This document shows, piece after piece, positions 52,539-57,841 of a stretch of 57,841 bases of DNA (position 1 is the stretch's first letter; each line of letters opens with the position of its first letter). Source of the DNA: a virus (Duplodnaviria; Caudoviricetes); IMG/VR virus record IMGVR_UViG_3300030329_003145, positions 1-57,841 of that record; one strand, 5' to 3'. The notes under the pieces are model-generated. The model searched no databases. It had not been told where the DNA came from and worked only from the letters and a program-made list of their open reading frames with translations. The position numbers were made by a program, and so were the translations under genes.

Positions 52539-52958
52539 ATGAAAGCAGCATATATTAGACTAGTCGGCCGCAATCGCGGAGTTGAAAGAGTGTGGCTAGA
52601 GGGCGAGATGCTCCTCGCCAACGGATGGAACAACGGGGACCGCTTCAACGTTGAGTTCATCCCCCACGATGGTTACACGGGGTATGGAGCTCTTGTGTAT
52701 ACAAAGCACCCCGAGGGGAAGCGCAAGGTTGCGGGGACCGTTGACCGTCCCATTCTGGATACGAACACCGCCAAACTGTCCAAGGTTTGCGGGTTCTCCA
52801 CGGGGGACCGGTTGCCCGTTGTAGTTTCCCCTGAGCGGGTAGTTGTTGGGGAAGGGGTGAACGTCGAAAACGTCGAGCGGGTAGCTGAGATAGTGAAGGA
52901 TAGCGGGAAAACTCAGATATGGGAGCTCACCGAAACCGAATCGGTTAGAATACGGTAA
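52539..52958 (+). CDS. AbrB/SymE-like swapped-hairpin protein resembling the N-terminal domain of plasmid/ICE C5 methyltransferases
   Basis: GRNRGVERVWLEG..L..NGW..GDRF...GKRKVAG...RPILD; start at ATG 52539 after TCGACT-N18-TATATT. Confidence 0.5.
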   Translation: MKAAYIRLVGRNRGVERVWLEGEMLLANGWNNGDRFNVEFIPHDGYTGYGALVYTKHPEGKRKVAGTVDRPILDTNTAKLSKVCGFSTGDRLPVVVSPERVVVGEGVNVENVERVAEIVKDSGKTQIWELTETESVRIR

Positions 52959-52984
52959 CCCGCACCCCTCACCCCTTACCCTTC

Positions 52985-53021
52985 ACCCCGCTTCCCTTAA
53001 CAGGGGGCGGGGTTTTCTTTT
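52985..53021 (+). terminator. intrinsic terminator
   Basis: ACCCCGCTTCCCT/AGGGGGCGGGGT hairpin followed by TTTCTTTT. Confidence 0.75.
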
Positions 53022-53562
53022 GCCCCTATCCTGTCCGGTTTGCCTGGCGCATTTGCCTGGCAACCTGCGGGGGTGTTCAGCAGAACAAGTGTTCACTTGC
53101 GCCCGTGTTCAAGTGAACAGCGGATTGAAAAAAGCGGGGAAACTGGCGGAAAGATATTGACAAATCCCCCCGCTTGTGAGCGGAAACAAATTTCCCCGCA
53201 TTGGCCCATATTCGCCCGCTACAGGGCGGGGATTCTTTCGCAGGGTGGTATTCAATAATTTCCTGCAAAGCTCACACGGGCAATCCTCAGAGGCTGTTTT
53301 TTCCTGGTCCCTGCACCCTTTTGCCTGGCTCCTGATTTGTGAACAAAAACCCTCGAAATAGATTGACGAAAGGCCAAACCTTTGCTCCGGCCCACATCCG
53401 CCCCCTACGGGGCCGGACCCCCTTTCCCTAGTACCGAGGGGCGATTTCCTTTCGGACGCAATAGAGCGTTTCGCCCCTAAAAAATAGGGGTTTGCGGGGG
53501 TTGTGGAATAATTCAATTATTTCTCGACAGGGGCGGGGGGTTTCCCCTATTATAAGGGCGAT

Positions 53563-54453
53563 ATGAAACAAAGCGTGTATGAAAAGTTGAATGCCGGACT
53601 TCTGGCAGAATTAGAAAAGGCAATTGAATCCGATACCGTCGCCCCGTGGGAAAAGCCTTGGCAGGGAGGAAGGCTCCCGACAAGGTTTGCAACCGGCACC
53701 CCGTACCGTGCTTTCAATGCCATTTATCTTTCCCTTCGCATAGGGGCGGAAGGTTGGCAAAGCTCCACCTTCATTACGTACAAGGCAGCCCAACAAGCGG
53801 GGGGTAATGTCAGGAAGGGGGAAAAGGGTTCCACCGTGGAAGTCTGGCGCCCCGCCCGTCGCAATCGCAAAGCAGTAGCGGAAGGGGAAGAGAGGAAACC
53901 CGCCAGAATGTTTATGGGTTGCCATACCGTTTTTAATCTAGACCAGTGTGACGGGGTGCAAGATCCCTGGAAAACGGGGGAAGAGCGGGAGCATTCCCCG
54001 ATTGAAGAAGCGGAAAAGATTCTTGCCGGTATGGTGAACCCTCCCGCCCTTACCCACGGGGAACCCCGTGCATACTACGCACCAGTAGAGGACAGGGTGA
54101 ACATGCCCCGCCCCGAGCTTTTCGACTCTGGCGAGGCTTACTACGCAACCCGATTCCATGAGGAAATCCACGGGACCGGTCATGCTTCCCGCCTCAATCG
54201 CGATTCCCTCACCCGTCTGACAGGATTCGGGTCGCATGAATATTCCAAGGAAGAATTGGTAGCGGAGTTTGGCGCTTCCCTGCTTTGTGGAATCACGGGG
54301 ATTGAAACCCGCAAGACCCGAGAGAATTCCCTAGCATATCTTAAAAATTGGCTTGGCCGGTTGCGGAAGGATACTTCCCTGGCTGTCGAGGCAAGCCGCC
54401 TGGCGCAGAAAGCGGTTGACCATATCCTTGGCACAACTTTCGAGAGTGAATAG
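53563..54453 (+). CDS. ardC: ArdC-family antirestriction protein (ssDNA-binding domain + zincin)
   Basis: PWEKPW, TYKAAQQAGGNVRKGEKG, VFNLDQ, YY.P.EDRVNMP, FHEEIHGTGH, FGSHEYSKEELVAE. Confidence 0.9.
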   Translation: MKQSVYEKLNAGLLAELEKAIESDTVAPWEKPWQGGRLPTRFATGTPYRAFNAIYLSLRIGAEGWQSSTFITYKAAQQAGGNVRKGEKGSTVEVWRPARRNRKAVAEGEERKPARMFMGCHTVFNLDQCDGVQDPWKTGEEREHSPIEEAEKILAGMVNPPALTHGEPRAYYAPVEDRVNMPRPELFDSGEAYYATRFHEEIHGTGHASRLNRDSLTRLTGFGSHEYSKEELVAEFGASLLCGITGIETRKTRENSLAYLKNWLGRLRKDTSLAVEASRLAQKAVDHILGTTFESE

Positions 54454-54527
54454 AGAGAACAGGGGGCGGGGGAAATGTCTTGAACAAATCCCCCGCCCCT
54501 GTCACAATACCTAACGATTAAAACAGC

Positions 54528-54779
54528 ATGAACTACAACGGAATCTTTGGATACTATAACCCCACCACAAGGACAGGGGAGATATATGACGGGCGAAAAG
54601 CAAAGCGGGACAGGCAAGCGGGATTGCCCTGTTTAGTCCTTCCCGCCCCCCTTGTCACTTTGTCAGGGGTGACACAAGCGGAATTTGAAACCCGCTTGCA
54701 ATCGGAAATCAGTCTGGCGGGAGTAGAACAGGAAGCGGAATTTGAAACCCGCCTGAAAGAGGAAAGGGGGGATGCATGA
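54528..54779 (+). CDS. hypothetical protein with an internal duplication
   Basis: AEFETRL occurs twice; 20-bp direct repeat at 54676 and 54733. Confidence 0.6.
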   Translation: MNYNGIFGYYNPTTRTGEIYDGRKAKRDRQAGLPCLVLPAPLVTLSGVTQAEFETRLQSEISLAGVEQEAEFETRLKEERGDA

Positions 54780-55663
54780 CCGTCACGAAAAAGCTCGCCT
54801 TGAAAGCGGCCCGCGAACTCATCGCGGGCGAAACTAAAACCGCTCGCAAGATTGTGGCAGCGCACCCCACGGGCGGGGTGCAATCTTGGGCCGGAGTCTT
54901 TCGCAAGCTAATAGCGCAAGCGGAAGCAATCGAATCCGGCACCCTGTCCCGCGCTTCCTTTTCCATTTTCGCCCGTGGGAATTCCAAGCTCCCATTTTGG
55001 AGCTTTTCCAGTATGGCAATTCTGGACTGCCCCGGAAGAGGCGAGTGCGCTGCCTGGTGCTACAGCCTGAAAAGCTGGCGCAATCCGAATGCCCTTGGCC
55101 GACAGGTTTCCAATTCCATGCTGTTAAGAGCACAAGCGGGGAGGGATTTGATTGCGGCGGAATTCTCCCGCCTGAAAACGGAAACCGTCAGGCTGTACGT
55201 CGATGGGGATTTCCACAGTAAAGAAAACTTAAAGTTCTGGATGGATTTAATTAAGACCCGTCCCGACATTCAAGTCTACGGGTATTCTAAAAGCTGGGTT
55301 GAATTTGTAGCCCTCCACCTGTCCGGTTATGCCTGGCCAGACAATTACCTTTTGAACCTGTCGGGGGGTTCCCGATTTGCAAAGCAGGAAGGATTGCGGC
55401 AGGCAATGGCAACCCTGCCAATCGTGCGGGGTGAATTCCTCGCCGTGCCAGTGGACCGGCACCACCTTAAAAATCATTCCTACCAGTCCCGCCGGAATGC
55501 AGGATTCAAGGACTACGCAAAGCAGGTCCGCGCTAACGCGGGGCAACGGGTATTTGTTTGCAGTGGGGATTGTGGAGATTGCATTGTTATTGGCGGAAAG
55601 CTCCAAGCTGCGTGTGGATCTGAAGCGATGCGCGGGGTGACAATCGCAATTGGAACCCATTAA
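54776..55663 (+). CDS. GP88-like Cys-cluster (radical-SAM-like) protein
   Basis: GNSKLP..SFS, CPGRGECAAWCY, VRLYVDGDF, YGYSKS, LNLS and C-terminal CSGDCGDC...C. Confidence 0.7.
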   Translation: MTVTKKLALKAARELIAGETKTARKIVAAHPTGGVQSWAGVFRKLIAQAEAIESGTLSRASFSIFARGNSKLPFWSFSSMAILDCPGRGECAAWCYSLKSWRNPNALGRQVSNSMLLRAQAGRDLIAAEFSRLKTETVRLYVDGDFHSKENLKFWMDLIKTRPDIQVYGYSKSWVEFVALHLSGYAWPDNYLLNLSGGSRFAKQEGLRQAMATLPIVRGEFLAVPVDRHHLKNHSYQSRRNAGFKDYAKQVRANAGQRVFVCSGDCGDCIVIGGKLQAACGSEAMRGVTIAIGTH

Positions 55664-55677
55664 CCCTCATTAACAAT

Positions 55678-55770
55678 ATGAAATTATCAACCTTTCTTTT
55701 AGCCGTATTCTTCACCGTGTTCGCAATTCATATTGCCGTCAATCTCCTCGCCTGGCTCCTGTCCCGATGA
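55678..55770 (+). CDS. 30-aa single-TM peptide
   Basis: MKLSTFLLAVFFTVFAIHIAVNLLAWLLSR; ATGA overlap with the next gene. Confidence 0.55.
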   Translation: MKLSTFLLAVFFTVFAIHIAVNLLAWLLSR

Positions 55771-56108
55771 ATATAAGCGATATTTTAGCCCGTGACGGTA
55801 TCCATTGCGAGGATACCGTGCGCGTTTATATAGGCCCACGGGAATACTATCATGCGGAATTGTGGATTCCCGATGCCGAGTGGATAGCGGACCCGCCGGA
55901 AGAGTGGGATGGTGAAACGCCAGAGGACCCGATGGGGGATCACCCCGTGGACGAGATGGTGATGGTTTCGAGGACAGGACAGGCGGGGACATGGGAGCCT
56001 GTTCATTTCCGCGCTTTGGAGCGGGAGCGGGAAGAGAGATGGACAAGGGAAGACTGGGAAGACTGGCGGGCGGACGACCACCGGAACGATGGGGAGGACT
56101 ACCCGTGA
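55767..56108 (+). CDS. highly acidic hypothetical protein
   Basis: 113 aa, Asp/Glu/Trp-rich. Confidence 0.7.
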   Translation: MNISDILARDGIHCEDTVRVYIGPREYYHAELWIPDAEWIADPPEEWDGETPEDPMGDHPVDEMVMVSRTGQAGTWEPVHFRALEREREERWTREDWEDWRADDHRNDGEDYP

Positions 56109-56142
56109 ACCCCTACCGGTTGCCTGGCTGCGGGTGCAGAGC

Positions 56143-56254
56143 ACCTGCGGACCTGCGGACCTGCGGACGAAAACCTGCGGGCGAAACCTGCGGACCTGCG
56201 GACGAAAACCTGCGGGCGAAAAAAAAGATAAGAAATTGATTGAACAACCTGCGG
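56143..56254 (+). repeat. ACCTGCGG octamer array (8 copies) running into a promoter
   Basis: Copies at 56143, 56151, 56159, 56173, 56186, 56194, 56208 and 56247; TTGAAC(56240)-N17-TAGCTT, 6 nt to ATG 56275. Confidence 0.9.
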
Positions 56255-56274
56255 ATCTGAGGTAGCTTTGAACC

Positions 56275-56577
56275 ATGCCAATACTAGCAGCAACCGAGAA
56301 ACGGTGGAACGACCAGTCTGATCTGGTTCTGTCCTCGCCCGTATTGTGGGAGTTCAATCGCAAGCACTTCATAATTGAGGTGCGGGGTCTGGAGACTACA
56401 GAATTGACCTGCATCTACGTCACGATAGGCACCCTGTGGGGGTGCGGAACGATCTGGAAGAACAGTTGTTCAGTGAGTGATTTGTGCGCCTGTCTGAAGA
56501 AGACATTTGAGACGATTGATGCCAATAACGATGAGCCTGTCGCGGCCCCTGATGGGTGGGAAGTTTGGGAAGACTAA
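56275..56577 (+). CDS. hypothetical protein
   Basis: 100 aa; leaderless-type promoter upstream. Confidence 0.7.
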   Translation: MPILAATEKRWNDQSDLVLSSPVLWEFNRKHFIIEVRGLETTELTCIYVTIGTLWGCGTIWKNSCSVSDLCACLKKTFETIDANNDEPVAAPDGWEVWED

Positions 56578-56582
56578 GAGAT

Positions 56583-56801
56583 ATGGATACGACCACACAT
56601 CATTACGAACCCTACGTCAGGAATCTCATTGTCGAGATCAACGGGACCGCATACGGGGATATCATCCGAAAGGTTTCGCCTGGCAAACATCATACGGCGA
56701 CCGTCAATGGTCGCAGGACAATTGTAAAAGATCCGCATGGTGCGGCGACCGTGGAAGTTCTTTCCCTTCCGCGTGATTTAGATAGACAAGGATACGAATA
56801 A
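56583..56801 (+). CDS. hypothetical protein
   Basis: ATG at 56583; TAATG overlap with the next gene. Confidence 0.6.
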   Translation: MDTTTHHYEPYVRNLIVEINGTAYGDIIRKVSPGKHHTATVNGRRTIVKDPHGAATVEVLSLPRDLDRQGYE

Positions 56802-57094
56802 TGAAAACAGCAGAACACGAATTCCCCATGCCGTTGATCCACATGAACGGCAATTCACGGGAGACACTTACCGAGCAGTACGAGAAAGCGGAATACGTTT
56901 TGCGGTGCTTGCAGCAGGAGTTCAATCAAATCGATTTTCATCCACGGGACTACTATCCGTTGGACGATGATCCATACAGCAACGAGTCATTCAACAAGGC
57001 ACTTGCTGAGAGGCACAAGATTCTGGAGGCACTCGATGTCGTACGGAATTACTTGGAGAAACACATCGAACACCTTCACGAAGATGACCACTGA
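56801..57094 (+). CDS. hypothetical phage protein
   Basis: PLIHMNGNS...FHPRDYYP motif; 97 aa. Confidence 0.75.
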   Translation: MKTAEHEFPMPLIHMNGNSRETLTEQYEKAEYVLRCLQQEFNQIDFHPRDYYPLDDDPYSNESFNKALAERHKILEALDVVRNYLEKHIEHLHEDDH

Positions 57095-57281
57095 AGATAT
57101 CAAGAAACAGATCAATCACTACCGGTATCGTCGCGCCGAGTTGGAGGACGAGATGGTCGATCTGGAGAAGAAGGACGGGTGGGCTTGTCACCCCGAGCAG
57201 ACCCAATGGACCCAAGACAAACTGGATGCCGTGAACACCATCCTCAGAAACCTCAACGAAGATCTGGAATGCCTGAACTAG
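57084..57281 (+). CDS. small coiled-coil protein
   Basis: ATG at 57084. Confidence 0.6.
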   Translation: MTTEDIKKQINHYRYRRAELEDEMVDLEKKDGWACHPEQTQWTQDKLDAVNTILRNLNEDLECLN

Positions 57282-57841
57282 AACAGATCCCCGTCCTTGG
57301 GGACGACAATACTGAGCTACAGGTTTGCAGCTATTTGAAGTGGTTGTGGCGTAGTCCCTTCCGCTATCACCTTGACGATGACCTGAAGGATATCGTGTGG
57401 AGTGGGCTGGACAAGCATCCGAGTGACGAGATCCTTGATCGCCTGGCTACCAATTTGGAGAGTGCCTACCAGTTTGCGGAGGCTACATACCCCAATGACA
57501 AGGATTGGGTGTGGGATCGCTACGCCCTCACCCTTGACCCTGCGACCTTCAGCCTTGGAGACAAACCGGACTGTATTGTCTTGAGCGGGTATCACGATCC
57601 GACCGTGCGGTGGAACGGATGGCACTGTCCGTACTTTACGAAGGAGGTTGCGGACAAGATCGTCGATCACTTTGCGGACCCTGCCATTCTCCGGTACGAC
57701 GAGGGCAACGATGTCTACGTCTACTACAACGAAAACATGGATGAGACCGACTACTATGAGCCTGTCGAGATCATCGCACCTGATGGCATCAGGAAGGTCT
57801 ACCCAATCGGATCATGGTTCTGGACCTGGGAGGAAGTACGC
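57269..57841 (+). CDS. hypothetical protein, open at the window end
   Basis: Translated by hand: 191 codons from MPELEQ to WFWTWEEVR with no stop; contains RWNGWHCPYFT. Confidence 0.7.
   Translation, partial: MPELEQIPVLGDDNTELQVCSYLKWLWRSPFRYHLDDDLKDIVWSGLDKHPSDEILDRLATNLESAYQFAEATYPNDKDWVWDRYALTLDPATFSLGDKPDCIVLSGYHDPTVRWNGWHCPYFTKEVADKIVDHFADPAILRYDEGNDVYVYYNENMDETDYYEPVEIIAPDGIRKVYPIGSWFWTWEEVR

Larger units (their letters stand above)
52337..53119. promoter_or_regulatory. four perfect TGTTC-N4-GAACA palindromes (Verrucomicrobia-type LexA boxes)
   Basis: At 52337-52350, 52366-52379, 53074-53087 and 53106-53119; degenerate sites at 52381 and 53090. Confidence 0.75.

Noticed and set aside
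53040-53516. ORFs in the 53.0-53.5 kb gap
   Set aside because: Non-ATG or weak starts, no motifs, and the region is filled with regulatory repeats
1-57841. tRNA/rRNA genes, integrase, phage RNA polymerase, reverse transcriptase/DGR, alternative genetic code
   Set aside because: No signatures recognised by eye; long ORFs read through in the standard code and all three stop codons are used

Overview
The window is essentially a whole ~58-kb tailed-phage genome, podovirus-like, with no sheath or tape-measure gene recognised. It has four blocks. (1) Early genes on + at about 52.5 kb-end and 1-4.8 kb, including ArdC, a GP88-like protein and an SF2 helicase. (2) A late block on - at 24.0-4.8 kb: TerL, two probable internal virion proteins and a 4,966-aa polyvalent protein. 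(3) A replication block on + at 24.0-31.8 kb: TerS-like HTH protein, RuvC-like resolvase, Cas4-like exonuclease, putative SSB, Leu762 PolA and primase-helicase. (4) A second late block on - at 50.8-31.8 kb: portal, C5 methyltransferase, scaffold, capsid, tail and lysis genes. Two independent signals point to a Verrucomicrobiota host: four perfect TGTTC-N4-GAACA LexA-type boxes and a TIGR02597-like secreted protein. The most striking observations are: (a) an in-frame array of five effector domains (GNAT, SAM methyltransferase, ASCH, zincin, ADP-ribosyltransferase-like) inside the giant protein, bounded by six copies of a repeat conserved at the DNA level (GAGCCCTGAA, encoding SGL[G]P), which suggests a cassette-shuffling payload; (b) a tandem, covarying structured RNA upstream of the helicase, a second tandem motif in the capsid leader and a pseudoknot before polA; (c) the LexA boxes in a phage with no visible integrase or repressor; (d) a dual-frame methyltransferase gene; (e) many leaderless-type promoters. 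All family calls come from motifs recognised by eye; no database search was run.
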